Shown one piece after another: positions 17,747 through 26,935 of a stretch of 59,174 nucleotides of DNA. The stretch lies in contig JBGAMH010000001.1 of assembly GCA_044223135.1 (NCBI GenBank), positions 1 through 59,174 on the forward strand, given 5' to 3'. The stretch is from Candidatus Eiseniibacteriota bacterium (lineage in GTDB: Bacteria; Eisenbacteria; RBG-16-71-46). Below the pieces are notes generated by a model. It saw only the letters and a list, made by a program, of their open reading frames with translations, was not told the DNA's origin and made no database searches. The position numbers were made by a program, and so were the translations under genes. The stretch's first letter is position 1; each line of letters starts with the position of its first letter.

Positions 17747-20700
17747 ATGTCCCACCCGCGCCACAACGACCAAGACTCGAAGCGCGTTCCGTGGCGCCGA
17801 CTGGTTCGGGGCCTCCTCCTGCGCCTGTTGCTGGGTGCGCTCGGCGCGACCTTCCTCGCGAGTCCGGCACCCGCACTCACGAGCGGCAGGCGCCCACGGG
17901 CGCTCGACGAGGCGCGCCGGATCGAGGCCCGGGCCTCCACCGATCGCGAGCGCGGAGCCGTCGGCGAGGCGGCGGCGGGCTTCGCGCGCGCGGCGGACCA
18001 CCGTTTCGCGGCGGGCGCGTCGCACTCGAACATCGCCGATCGACTGGACAGCCTGGGACGGACGTTTCACGACGTTCCCCATGCGGGCGCATGGGCGGCC
18101 GAGGACTCGCTGCTGGAGATCGCACACCAGTGGCGTCGACGGGATCCCGACGCCACGGCCTTCGACCTCGGGTTCGATCACCTCCAGCTCGCCCGGCTGG
18201 CCGTGGAAACCCACCGCCCCGCCACCGGCCTCCCTCACGCCGATTCGGCATGGGTCCTGTTCGCAGCCAGCCCCGATCCGGGCGCACGCCTCTACGGTGC
18301 TCTTGCGCGCGCGGCCAGAGGTCGGCTCTCGTTCGACGTCGGTGACTACGTCGACGCCGACACGTCGGCCACCGCGGCACTGTCGGGAATGGATGCCGGC
18401 GATGTGCAGCAGGCGCCCTACCGGTTCGACGCCCTCACCGCGCGCGGGGAAGCCCGACGCGAACGGGGTCGCCTCGCCGAAGCCGAAGCCGATTTCCGGG
18501 CCGCACTCGATCTCGCCGAACGCGAAGCAGCCGATCCGGCCTGGAGGCCCAACGCACTCAATCTCATTGCTGGCCTCCATCGCGATCAGGAGCGTTGGGA
18601 TCTTGCCGAACCGCTCCTTCGCGAGGCGCTGGAGCTGTCCCGTCCTCTCGAGCAGAACGATCCTCGTCGCGTCGCGACGGCCGTCTTGAACGTGGCGGAA
18701 GCCCTGCAGCACCAGGGACGGTCGCAGGAGGCAGCGCCCGGTTACCTCGAGGCCGTCGAGCGCGCGCGACGCGCGTGGCCACCCGAGGACCCGGGGCTCG
18801 TCGTGTTCCTGCAACAGGCCGGGGACTGCCTCCGGCAGGTCGGACGGGGGGAGGACGCCGAACGGCTTCTGCGGGAAGCCGTCACGACAGCCCGTGCCGA
18901 CTCGCAGGGCGGCCCACTCCCGCTCGCCGGTGCCATGCACGCACTCGCCGAGCTGATGCTCGAACGCGGCCGCGTGGTGGCCGCCGATTCGCTCGCCCGC
19001 GGATCTCTGACCCTGCGCGAACAGCGCCTCCCGTCGGATTCCCGTGTGCTCGCCGAAAGCCACGAGCTCCTCGCGCGCTGCGCGCTCGCGGAGGGGGCGG
19101 GTTCGCTGCGCGAAGTGGAGATCCATGCGGAAGCCGTGCTGCGCATCCTCGGGCAAAGCCCTCTCGCCCCCGACACGAGGCTCTCGGCATTCGCGGCCCT
19201 CGCGGGTGTCGCCGAAGCGCGCGGCGACACGGGCGCGTTCGATCGATGGATGGGAAGCGCCCTCCCGGTCGTCGACGAGTTGCGGCTGACGCGTGGGGGG
19301 GATGCCAGTCGGGTGCAGTTCCTGCGGCGCGCGCTCCCGATGTTCGACCGCGTATTCGATCACGCGATCGCGGTCGGCGACATCGACCGCGCCTTCCAGA
19401 TTCACGAGCGTGGCCGGAGCCGCGTCCTGCTGGAGACTCTCGCTGCTCCCCGCGCGCTCGGGGGCACGGACGACCGAAGCGGCGATCCGCTCGTCGCGCG
19501 CCTCGACACGCTGCGCCAGCAACTCACCGGCCTCCAGGCGCGGCTCGACTCGGAAGGGCAATGGTCGATGCTGTCCGAGAGCGTCCAGTTCGAGCGTCGG
19601 TCGGCCCTCGCGGCCCGTCGTGACAGCCTCGTGCTCGAGTACGCCCGTGTGCGAGACGCCGTCCGCATGCGCCGCCCCGGGTGGCGAGACGCGCTCGCGC
19701 ACTCGCGCTCGACCGTGGGCGCGCCCGCGGTCCTCGCGCACGCCCGGCGCCTCGGCGAGCCGGTGCTCGTCTATCACGTGAGTGCGCGGGGGGCGTGGCT
19801 CTTCTCGTTCCTGCCCGGCGATCGGCAACCGCGGCTCGACACGCTCCGGCTGGCCGAGACGGCGGCGCGGGCACTCGGAGTTCGACCCGGCCCGCTCGAT
19901 GACGCACGCCTCTCCGTGATCCTCGAAGGGACCTCGCCGGGAGCCGGGCTGCTCTCGGCCCTGGCGCGAGGTGAAGGGGACACCCGCGGATTCTCGCGCG
20001 TGCGCACCGACGCGGTGATCGCTCCGACCGACGCGCGACTGAAACTCCTGTTCGAAGCACTCGTTCCGGCCACGACCTGGCGCCGGATTCGCCATGCGCG
20101 TACGGCCGTCGTGATCCCGGACGGCAGCCTCGCGAGTCTGCCGTTCGATGCGCTCGTCGTGGACACCGGCGCGACGGCGTCCGCGCGCCGCTACTGGCTC
20201 GACGACGGCCCCGCATTGCGGGTCGCGCCCTCGGCGAGCACGCTGCTCGTGTTCGACGATCGTCCGCGCGGGCCTCATCGCGATGGCCGCCTCGCGCTGT
20301 CGCTGTACGACGTCGAATACCGGGACACTTCCCAGGCCGACCGAACCGTCGCCTGGAGACCGCTGCCGGGCACGCGCGTCGAGGCCGAACGGCTCCGCAG
20401 CGCGCTGGGAGCCGCCAACGTGGACACGCTTTCCGGTACGCGCGCCACGGAGGCGGCACTTCGAGAGGCTCTCCCCGGGCACGCGCTCGTCCACCTGGCG
20501 ACCCACGGCTTCGCCTCGGGGGACGAGAGCGAGCTGCTCGCTGGCCTGGTCCTCGCGCCGGGAACGAGCTCGCGTCGCCCCGAGGACGACGGCCGCCTCC
20601 AGTCGTACGAGTTGCCCGAACTCACGCTCGATGCCTCCCTCGTGGTGCTTTCCGCCTGCGAGACGAACGGCGGCCGGCGCATCGCGGGCGAGGGCGTGTT

Positions 20701-20947
20701 CGCGCTCTCGCGCGGATTCCTTGCCGCCGGCGCACAGCGCGTGATCTCCGCGCTCTGGTCGGTGCCCGACGATGCAACGGCCGAACTGATGGGCGGACTG
20801 TTCGAGCGCCTCGCCCCGGCGCTGCGCTCCGCGCGTACGCCCGATGCCGTCGTGGCGCTGCGCGACGCCAAGCGGCGCGTCCGGCGCGACCCCCGGTGGG
20901 CCGCGCCGTCCGCGTGGGCCGCGTTCACGATGTCCGGCCGCCGGTAG
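17747..20947 (+). CDS. TPR-repeat CHAT-domain protease-like protein with N-terminal hydrophobic anchor
   Basis: N-terminus MSHPRHNDQDSKRVPWRRLVRGLLLRLLLGALGATFLASPAPA. TPR-like helical repeats follow (LNVAEALQHQGRSQEAAPGYLEAVE and others). The C-terminal CHAT motifs are LVHLATHGF and VVLSACETNGG..GFLAAGAQRVISALW. Confidence 0.85.
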   Translation: MSHPRHNDQDSKRVPWRRLVRGLLLRLLLGALGATFLASPAPALTSGRRPRALDEARRIEARASTDRERGAVGEAAAGFARAADHRFAAGASHSNIADRLDSLGRTFHDVPHAGAWAAEDSLLEIAHQWRRRDPDATAFDLGFDHLQLARLAVETHRPATGLPHADSAWVLFAASPDPGARLYGALARAARGRLSFDVGDYVDADTSATAALSGMDAGDVQQAPYRFDALTARGEARRERGRLAEAEADFRAALDLAEREAADPAWRPNALNLIAGLHRDQERWDLAEPLLREALELSRPLEQNDPRRVATAVLNVAEALQHQGRSQEAAPGYLEAVERARRAWPPEDPGLVVFLQQAGDCLRQVGRGEDAERLLREAVTTARADSQGGPLPLAGAMHALAELMLERGRVVAADSLARGSLTLREQRLPSDSRVLAESHELLARCALAEGAGSLREVEIHAEAVLRILGQSPLAPDTRLSAFAALAGVAEARGDTGAFDRWMGSALPVVDELRLTRGGDASRVQFLRRALPMFDRVFDHAIAVGDIDRAFQIHERGRSRVLLETLAAPRALGGTDDRSGDPLVARLDTLRQQLTGLQARLDSEGQWSMLSESVQFERRSALAARRDSLVLEYARVRDAVRMRRPGWRDALAHSRSTVGAPAVLAHARRLGEPVLVYHVSARGAWLFSFLPGDRQPRLDTLRLAETAARALGVRPGPLDDARLSVILEGTSPGAGLLSALARGEGDTRGFSRVRTDAVIAPTDARLKLLFEALVPATTWRRIRHARTAVVIPDGSLASLPFDALVVDTGATASARRYWLDDGPALRVAPSASTLLVFDDRPRGPHRDGRLALSLYDVEYRDTSQADRTVAWRPLPGTRVEAERLRSALGAANVDTLSGTRATEAALREALPGHALVHLATHGFASGDESELLAGLVLAPGTSSRRPEDDGRLQSYELPELTLDASLVVLSACETNGGRRIAGEGVFALSRGFLAAGAQRVISALWSVPDDATAELMGGLFERLAPALRSARTPDAVVALRDAKRRVRRDPRWAAPSAWAAFTMSGRR

Positions 20948-21386
20948 AATCCGCGGGCCGCGAAGCCCGCTGCAGGAGCTCGGCGTCGCCGCCGAGCCGC
21001 AGCTCGATCGCACGAGAGCCCTGGTTCGTGACCAGCACGCGATAGCAGTCCCCGGGCAACACCAGCCAGGCCACCCGGAACTCGCCCTGGGTGTTCACGT
21101 GCCGACCCGCCGTGTCGCCATCCGCCGTGACGATCAGCACCTCGACGCGGCCCGAGTCCGCGCCCTGCACGTCGATCGTCGCGGAACCGATGCCGGCGAA
21201 GCACTCGGCGACCATCGATCGCTGCCCGGGACCGAGGTGAACCGCCTCGGCGTCCGCCCCGTCCGTCGCGCCGCCCGCGACCGCGTCCCGCCCGGTCCCC
21301 GCGCCGGCCAGCGCCGACAGCACCAGCACCGACGTGAGCCCGACCGCCAGGGGCACGGACGCACGTTTCCCCGAACCCTTCCTCAT
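20925..21386 (-). CDS. small exported beta-sandwich protein (distant PPC-like)
   Basis: 153 aa. SD gaggagg lies 8 nt before the ATG. Signal peptide MRKGSGKRASVPLAVGLTSVLVLSALAGAG. The C-terminal pattern GDCYRVLVTNQGSRAIELRLG parallels GGSYRIEVDNRGSVWNEYRIT of the PPC-like paralogs. It overlaps the CHAT gene 3' end by 23 nt. Confidence 0.6.
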   Translation of the reverse strand: MRKGSGKRASVPLAVGLTSVLVLSALAGAGTGRDAVAGGATDGADAEAVHLGPGQRSMVAECFAGIGSATIDVQGADSGRVEVLIVTADGDTAGRHVNTQGEFRVAWLVLPGDCYRVLVTNQGSRAIELRLGGDAELLQRASRPADSTGGRTS

Positions 21387-21500
21387 GACGATGTCCTCCT
21401 CTTCGCGCTGGGGAGCCGACTTTCCGGTGCGGAATCTCCACTCCGGCGATTTCGCTGCTCGCGGGGCGCCGCCGGGCGGCGCGTGCGTGCCGGTGCGAAG

Positions 21501-21526
21501 CCCTCGCCGGACCACTCCGGCGAGGG
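21501..21526 (-). terminator. 11-bp perfect GC hairpin downstream of the 21550-21930 gene
   Basis: ccctcgccgga-ccac-tccggcgaggg: a perfect 11-bp stem with a tetraloop, 24 nt past the stop at 21550. There is no U-tract. Confidence 0.45.
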
Positions 21527-21549
21527 CTGGTGTTCGGTCGTCGACTCCA

Positions 21550-21930
21550 TCAGTACGCGCCGATGCGGAAGTCGTTGTAGATGCCGCCGAGATTGCGGAC
21601 CACGACGCGGAAGTTGCCGCCGCGAGTCACGAAGAACGTGGCGACGCACTCGTCGCTGCTGTCCGTGTCGGAGGCGATCAGGCGACCGAAGCCGTCGTAC
21701 ACGAGGAGATCCAGGTCCGACGTGCCGTCGCCGCTCACCGTGATCTGCGTCCACTCGCCACTGCTGCAGCAGACGTCGAAGCTCCGGCTCGCGAACGCCT
21801 CCACGCGGTGATTCCCCCACTCGGCGCCGTTGCACGGATCCGCCGCCGCCGCGCGCGGCATCGCGGCCGAGATCGTCATCGCCGTCACCACCGTCAGCAT
21901 CGCCACACCGATCGCACGCATCGTCTTCAT
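21550..21930 (-). CDS. small exported PPC (pre-peptidase C-terminal)-like domain protein, paralog A
   Basis: 126 aa. AGGAGG lies 5 nt before the ATG. Signal peptide MKTMRAIGVAMLTVVTAMTISAAMPRAAAA. Motif ITVSGDGTSDLDLLVYDGFGRLIASDTDSSDECVATFFVTRGGNFRVVVRNLG, which is the DLDLYLYD-type PPC signature. Confidence 0.8.
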   Translation of the reverse strand: MKTMRAIGVAMLTVVTAMTISAAMPRAAAADPCNGAEWGNHRVEAFASRSFDVCCSSGEWTQITVSGDGTSDLDLLVYDGFGRLIASDTDSSDECVATFFVTRGGNFRVVVRNLGGIYNDFRIGAY

Positions 21931-22003
21931 CGTTGCCTCCTGGTCGCCGGCCCGTCGGGCCGCGGGTCTGGTTCCGGCGCTTCCCACGAGCGCCTTCGCC
22001 CCC

Positions 22004-22032
22004 TTCGTTGCGCAGGACGCGACGGTGTGACA
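22004..22032 (-). promoter_or_regulatory. bipartite element TGTCACAC-N13-GCAACGAA (copy a); candidate ECF-type promoter of paralog A
   Basis: Minus strand reads tgtcacac cgtcgcgtcctgc gcaacgaa, ending 74 nt before the start at 21930. Confidence 0.6.
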
Positions 22033-22216
22033 GCGATCGTGAAAACGGCGTCCGTGTGTGGGCGGAGGCGCTTTTTCATGGGGGAATCCCGCGCCGGGCT
22101 TGCTAGGCTTCCCGGGCGGGAAAGGCGTCAGCGGGCGTCCGTTCCCCGTTCACAGTCCGGACGTCCGGTGCGCCGGGCGTCACGACCGATGGACCTGGAC
22201 GCCTGGAGCCCTTCCC

Positions 22217-25200
22217 ATGCGCATGCGCCAATGGGTGCTCGCCGGCCATTTCGCCGCCGCACTCCTCGCCCTCGCCGCTATCGCCGCCCCCGCGCGTGCC
22301 GCCCGCACGCTGATCAGCCCGAGGCCGATCGACCGGCCGTACCCCACGTATGCGGGCGTGGTCATCGGGTCGTTCCGACCCGCGTGCAGCCAGGTGACGA
22401 TTCATGTGGCCCGCTGTTCGGATCTCCAGCTCGGCGGCTGCTACGGATTCGGCGGCGGTGGAACCTTCGACGTTCTGTGCGTCGCGGATTCCGCGTCGGT
22501 CGCGAACCACCTGACGACGGGCCTGCAGGGTTTCTCCGGCGGGTGCAACGCCGACGACGAGGGCCAGAATCGAAACACCCAGAACTACGACCAGACCAAT
22601 CGTTCCTTCCCCGTCCACTGGCAGGCCTCGTCGCGCGGATGGAGGCTCCATGGACAGGCGCAGTGGAACTCGGGCATTCGCCTCGCGCATTACGGAGACT
22701 CCGCCACCATCGTCGTCACGGGCCTCACGCTCGGGCAGGCCTACACGCTGTACGGAACGACTTCGCCCTACGATCCCCTTTCGTCGGGATCCGTCTGCAC
22801 GAATCTCACCGCGTGGGTCACCGAGGACTCGAGCATCGTCGAGCACGACTGGAGCACGTCCGCCAGCTCGGCGCTTCCCGTTTCGCTCGCGTCCCGAGCA
22901 TTCACGCTGGCCGCGAGCCCGCAGGGAGGCGTGTTCGTGCGGTGGTCCGATGGGGACAGCGCGCGCACGGCGCGCGTGGACGCGGACGGCGCCGCGAGCG
23001 TCTTCGACCGGTGGGTGGGAAGCGCGACGCACGGGCTGACGAAGCCGGACGGCTGGGCTTCCGTGACCGATGCGCAGGGAAACGAGCTCCGCCTCTGCGG
23101 AGAATACGGCGCGGGCTTTGGCGGAGCCTTCCTGTCGGCCCGCAAGTCCGACGGAGCGGGCAACGCTCTCGCAGGTTGGCCCGACCGTGGTGACCCGCCA
23201 CGGACGCTCGTCGACCTGACCGGGGACCAGGAAGCCCCCGCCGCGACGGCCACCTCCGACGGCGGCGCGATCGTGGCGTGGACCGACACGCGCAATGGCG
23301 CCTACTCACGCAACTGGCGGGACGTGCTCACGGCGGCCTCGACGGACGACTACCAGCTGCTCCGCGTGGACCTCCAGAACGACGGCCGCGACGAACTCCT
23401 CTCGGTCCGCATCGCCGAGGACCGGATCGTCGCGTTCGCCCGGCAAGGCGACGCACTCGCTCCGATCGACACGTTTCCGACCAGTCACACCCCCGTCATC
23501 GCGCGCACGGCGGACCTCAACGCGGACGGACGGCCCGATATCGTGGTCTCCTGCGCGAACAGCGACTCACTCGATGTGTACCTCAGCACAGGCGCCCCGG
23601 GCGTGTACGCGCGGGGCGCCATCACGGGGGCCGCCGGCGCCTCCGACCTCGTCCTGGCGGACCTCTCGGGTGACGGCCTTCCCGACGTGGCACACGTTCG
23701 CCCTCATGCACCGGCGATGGCCGTCCGCCTCGGGCTCGGAGGTGGCGCGTTCGGCCCGGCCATCGCCTACGCGGCCCCGGTCGAACCGGAGTTCATCGCT
23801 GCCGGAGATCTCGACGGCGATGGCCGCACGGATCTCGCCGTGCTCGGTTACACGACCCCCCAGGGAATCGTGCGTGCCTACCGGAACCTCGGAGGCGGCG
23901 TCTTCGCCGCCGCGGGAGATCGCAGCGTCGAGCCCTCCGCTCATGGTCTCGTGATCGGTAAGTTCGCAGGCGACTCCCGGGACGATGTCGCCGTGCCTCC
24001 GGGACTCAACGGGCCCAGCACCACGCTCAGGATCTTCGCCGGCAGTGCGGGAGGCGACATCCTCTCCGGAGGAGTCGCGAACATCTCGCTGGCGGCTCAT
24101 CCCTACACGCTCGTCACCGACGACATCGACCAGGACGGCTTCGCGGATCTCGTCGCGCCCTATTCCCCTGACGGGACCGCGCCAGCCCAGGTGCTCTGGG
24201 GATCGGCCGCGGGTGTCGGCGCTCCCGTGTCCCTGCCGGCCTCCCTCCGGTCCCGTTGGGCCGCGGCGGTAGACCTCGACGGAGACGGCGCACGGGAGCT
24301 GGTCCTGTCCGATACGGGTCCGGTTTCGCCCTACTGGAGCACGCTGCACGTCCACCAGCGAGTCCGACGCGGACGGGACGTCTATGCGCTGCGAGTGACT
24401 CCCGGGGGGGCCCCGGCGCCCGGCTGGACCGCCACGGGCCTCGCTGTCGCGACGGACACGATGGACGTCGAACACATCCGGATCGTCGGCGACGGCCAGG
24501 ATGGCGCCTACGTCGCCTGGGAGAGCTTCCCGCCCTCGGATCCTTCGGGGTGGCTCGTGTTCCCGAGGAAGGTCCGCGTGCAGCATGTGCTCGCGAACGG
24601 CGAACTCGATCCGAACTGGCCCGACAGCAGCTACGGTGGCGTGTGGCCCGGCGGATCCGTACCACAACACCTCACGGACCAGGTTCCGATGCCGAACGCA
24701 CCCGACGGCCTCGGAGGTGTGGTCCTCGGCTACTGGGCCGACAACCCTAACGAAGTGCGACGGGCGTACGCCCGCCGCGTCACCGACGCGTCGGAAGTGA
24801 CACCGCTGCTCCAAGCATCCGGCGGTGCGAGGCCGCGCCTGGGCGCGTGGCCCGACGCCGATGTCCAGGCGGCCTGGCAGGGTCTGGCCGGGAGCTTCTC
24901 GACCCTGCGTCTCTCACCGGAGGGGGTTCCCCGGCCGGGCTGGCCTTCCAACGGCACGATCCTCACGTCATCGCTCGACACCGGTGCGATCGAGGAGAAC
25001 GGGGCGCTCTGCATCACCGACTCGGCGCATGTCGTGTTCGCCTGGCGCGACAGCGGGCGGGTTCGCGTGCGGAGGCTGGGCGCGGGCGGAACCACCGGAT
25101 CGTGGCCCGCTCCCATCACGGCACTGTCTGCCGCTTCGTCGCAGGAGCAGCTCGTCGCGGGACGCCGGGGCGAGACGTTTCTGGCGGCGCGCGGAGCGGA

Positions 25201-26179
25201 CCAGATCGTCGTGCAGCGGATCGACGCGACCGGCGCGGTGGGCGACATGAGCCCCGAGATCGCCCTCGCGGCGGACAGGCGGCCCGACCAGGGTGGCGTC
25301 GTGCGCGTGAGCTGGCTGCCGAGCCCGCTGGAGCGCTCGACACCATTCCGCAATGAAGGCGGAACGTACCGGCTCTACACGGTCGCGCCCTCCGGTGCGC
25401 GCACGCTGGTCTCGGTTCAGACCGCCGGCGAGGGATGCGCCTACTGGGCGGACGTGGCGATCCCGGGAGTCGTGCCGGCGAACTTCACCGAGTTCGGCCC
25501 CAAGCCCCGAACGGTGTTCGAGCTCGAAACGCTCAACCCGACGACCGGGGACGTGCTGGTGGCGCCGCGCGACAGCGCCTTCTCGGTCGACGATCTCCCG
25601 CCGCCCGCACCCACCGCCTTCAGCTCGGCCTTCACCGCGACCGGGGCCGGGACCGGCATCACCGAGTTCGACTGGACCCCGACGCCGGTCGGCGACCTCG
25701 CGGAGTACCGGATCTTCGGCAGCCCGGATTCGCTGTTCTGGTCGCACGTGACGACGACGCCCGCACCGGCCTCGCACGCCAGCGCCCCGACGCCCGCGGG
25801 GAGGAGGTTCTTCCGGCTCTACGCTGCGGACATCCACGGCAACACGAGCGCGCCGGCTTCGCCGGTGTTCCAGCTCGATGCCCCCGACAGCGGCGCCCCA
25901 CTCACACTGTCCTTCGCGCCACCCTCGCCGAGCCCGGCCCGCACGAGCACGCACATGCGACTGTCGCTGCCCTCGCGCGCGTCGATCGAACTCGCCGCGT
26001 TCGACCTGCTCGGCCGGCGCGTGCGGCGCATCGCGGGGGGCGAGCGCGCCCCCGGCGTGTACGACGTGTCGTGGGACCTGCGCGACGACGAAGGCCTCTC
26101 GCTCGCGCCAGGGCTCTACCTCGTTCGCCTGCGCACGGGCGGCCGGGAGTTCCGCCATCGCGTCCTCGTCGTCCGATAG
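22217..26179 (+). CDS. giant secreted FG-GAP/VCBS repeat protein with FlgD-Ig/T9SS-like C-terminal domain
   Basis: 1320 aa. Signal peptide MRMRQWVLAGHFAAALLALAAIAAPARA. FG-GAP repeats VDLQNDGRDELLSV, ADLNADGRPDIVVSC, ADLSGDGLPDVAHV, GDLDGDGRTDLAVLG, DDIDQDGFADLVAP and VDLDGDGARELVLSD. The C-terminus reads IELAAFDLLGRRVRRI..APGLYLVRLRTGGREFRHRVLVVR. Confidence 0.9.
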   Translation: MRMRQWVLAGHFAAALLALAAIAAPARAARTLISPRPIDRPYPTYAGVVIGSFRPACSQVTIHVARCSDLQLGGCYGFGGGGTFDVLCVADSASVANHLTTGLQGFSGGCNADDEGQNRNTQNYDQTNRSFPVHWQASSRGWRLHGQAQWNSGIRLAHYGDSATIVVTGLTLGQAYTLYGTTSPYDPLSSGSVCTNLTAWVTEDSSIVEHDWSTSASSALPVSLASRAFTLAASPQGGVFVRWSDGDSARTARVDADGAASVFDRWVGSATHGLTKPDGWASVTDAQGNELRLCGEYGAGFGGAFLSARKSDGAGNALAGWPDRGDPPRTLVDLTGDQEAPAATATSDGGAIVAWTDTRNGAYSRNWRDVLTAASTDDYQLLRVDLQNDGRDELLSVRIAEDRIVAFARQGDALAPIDTFPTSHTPVIARTADLNADGRPDIVVSCANSDSLDVYLSTGAPGVYARGAITGAAGASDLVLADLSGDGLPDVAHVRPHAPAMAVRLGLGGGAFGPAIAYAAPVEPEFIAAGDLDGDGRTDLAVLGYTTPQGIVRAYRNLGGGVFAAAGDRSVEPSAHGLVIGKFAGDSRDDVAVPPGLNGPSTTLRIFAGSAGGDILSGGVANISLAAHPYTLVTDDIDQDGFADLVAPYSPDGTAPAQVLWGSAAGVGAPVSLPASLRSRWAAAVDLDGDGARELVLSDTGPVSPYWSTLHVHQRVRRGRDVYALRVTPGGAPAPGWTATGLAVATDTMDVEHIRIVGDGQDGAYVAWESFPPSDPSGWLVFPRKVRVQHVLANGELDPNWPDSSYGGVWPGGSVPQHLTDQVPMPNAPDGLGGVVLGYWADNPNEVRRAYARRVTDASEVTPLLQASGGARPRLGAWPDADVQAAWQGLAGSFSTLRLSPEGVPRPGWPSNGTILTSSLDTGAIEENGALCITDSAHVVFAWRDSGRVRVRRLGAGGTTGSWPAPITALSAASSQEQLVAGRRGETFLAARGADQIVVQRIDATGAVGDMSPEIALAADRRPDQGGVVRVSWLPSPLERSTPFRNEGGTYRLYTVAPSGARTLVSVQTAGEGCAYWADVAIPGVVPANFTEFGPKPRTVFELETLNPTTGDVLVAPRDSAFSVDDLPPPAPTAFSSAFTATGAGTGITEFDWTPTPVGDLAEYRIFGSPDSLFWSHVTTTPAPASHASAPTPAGRRFFRLYAADIHGNTSAPASPVFQLDAPDSGAPLTLSFAPPSPSPARTSTHMRLSLPSRASIELAAFDLLGRRVRRIAGGERAPGVYDVSWDLRDDEGLSLAPGLYLVRLRTGGREFRHRVLVVR

Positions 26180-26197
26180 CCCGGGGACGAGCCGAAG

Positions 26198-26222
26198 CCC
26201 CGCCGGGGATCTCCCGGCGGGG
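26198..26222. terminator. 10-bp GC hairpin between convergent genes
   Basis: ccccgccggg-gatct-cccggcgggg, 19 nt after the stop at 26179. There is no U-tract. Confidence 0.4.
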
Positions 26223-26328
26223 CGAGGGGCTTCGTCACCGTGCCAGCGGGTCGCGGTGCGGAGCCTCCCGGATCGTGCTCCGCGTGGGGCGAGACCTCCT
26301 TTCCGGTGCGCCCACGCACCGGCGGGAA

Positions 26329-26688
26329 TCACCGCGCCGTGATCCGGTACTCGTTCCAGACGGACCCGCGGTTGTCGACCTCGATGCGATAGCTGCCGCC
26401 GCGCGGCACGTAGAACCGCGTGATGCACACGTCGGTGTCGTCGTCGTCCGACGCGATCATGCGGCCGCTCTCGTCGTACACGTACAGATCGAGATCGGTG
26501 TCGTGGTCGCCGATCACGGTCACGCTCGCGTACTCGCCGCCGCGGAACGACACGTTGAACGCATCCTCCGACCACGCGTTCACGCGGTGCACGCCCGTCT
26601 GCGTCCCTCCCCAGGGACCCGCCACCGCCGCCTGCGCCACCGCCACCACCGCCAGCACCGCCGCCACCAGTCCGTTGAACTTGCGCAT
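26329..26688 (-). CDS. small exported PPC-like domain protein, paralog B
   Basis: 119 aa. AGGAGG lies 6 nt before the ATG. Signal peptide MRKFNGLVAAVLAVVAVAQAAVAG. Motif VTVIGDHDTDLDLYVYDESGRMIASDDDDTDVCITRFYVPRGGSYRIEVDNRGSVWNEYRITAR. Roughly 45% identical to paralog A by hand alignment over about 87 aa. Confidence 0.85.
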   Translation of the reverse strand: MRKFNGLVAAVLAVVAVAQAAVAGPWGGTQTGVHRVNAWSEDAFNVSFRGGEYASVTVIGDHDTDLDLYVYDESGRMIASDDDDTDVCITRFYVPRGGSYRIEVDNRGSVWNEYRITAR

Positions 26689-26763
26689 CGTCTGCCTCCT
26701 GTCGGTGAGCCCGATGGGCTCGTGGTCTTCGTTCCGGCGCTCCATCCGAGCGCCTTCACACCG

Positions 26764-26792
26764 TTCGTTGCTCGACCCGGCGGGCTGTGACA
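26764..26792 (-). promoter_or_regulatory. bipartite element TGTCACAG-N13-GCAACGAA (copy b)
   Basis: Minus strand reads tgtcacag cccgccgggtcga gcaacgaa, ending 76 nt before the start at 26688. Confidence 0.6.
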
Positions 26793-26935
26793 TCGGAGTC
26801 CCCCGCGCGCCACGAAGCGCGGTCGCGCCGCAGGTGGAGTGGTGGACGGCGGCGCCGCAGGCACGAGACACGAAGAAGCGGACCGGCCGCATGGGCCGAT
26901 CCGCTCCTCGTACCGAGCTCCGCTTGCCGCGCGGG

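Noticed and set aside
17654-21013. 1119-aa minus-strand ORF opposite the CHAT gene
   Set aside because: It has no motifs and is Arg/Glu/Gly-rich. The plus frame has TPR repeats and CHAT His/Cys contexts.
15624-21386. Search for a gasdermin-like, NTPase or CRISPR partner that would make the caspase/CHAT pair a known defence module
   Set aside because: The neighbours are a glycosyltransferase and small signal-peptide proteins. Nothing nearby has the size or composition of a gasdermin or STAND NTPase, so I make no defence-system call.
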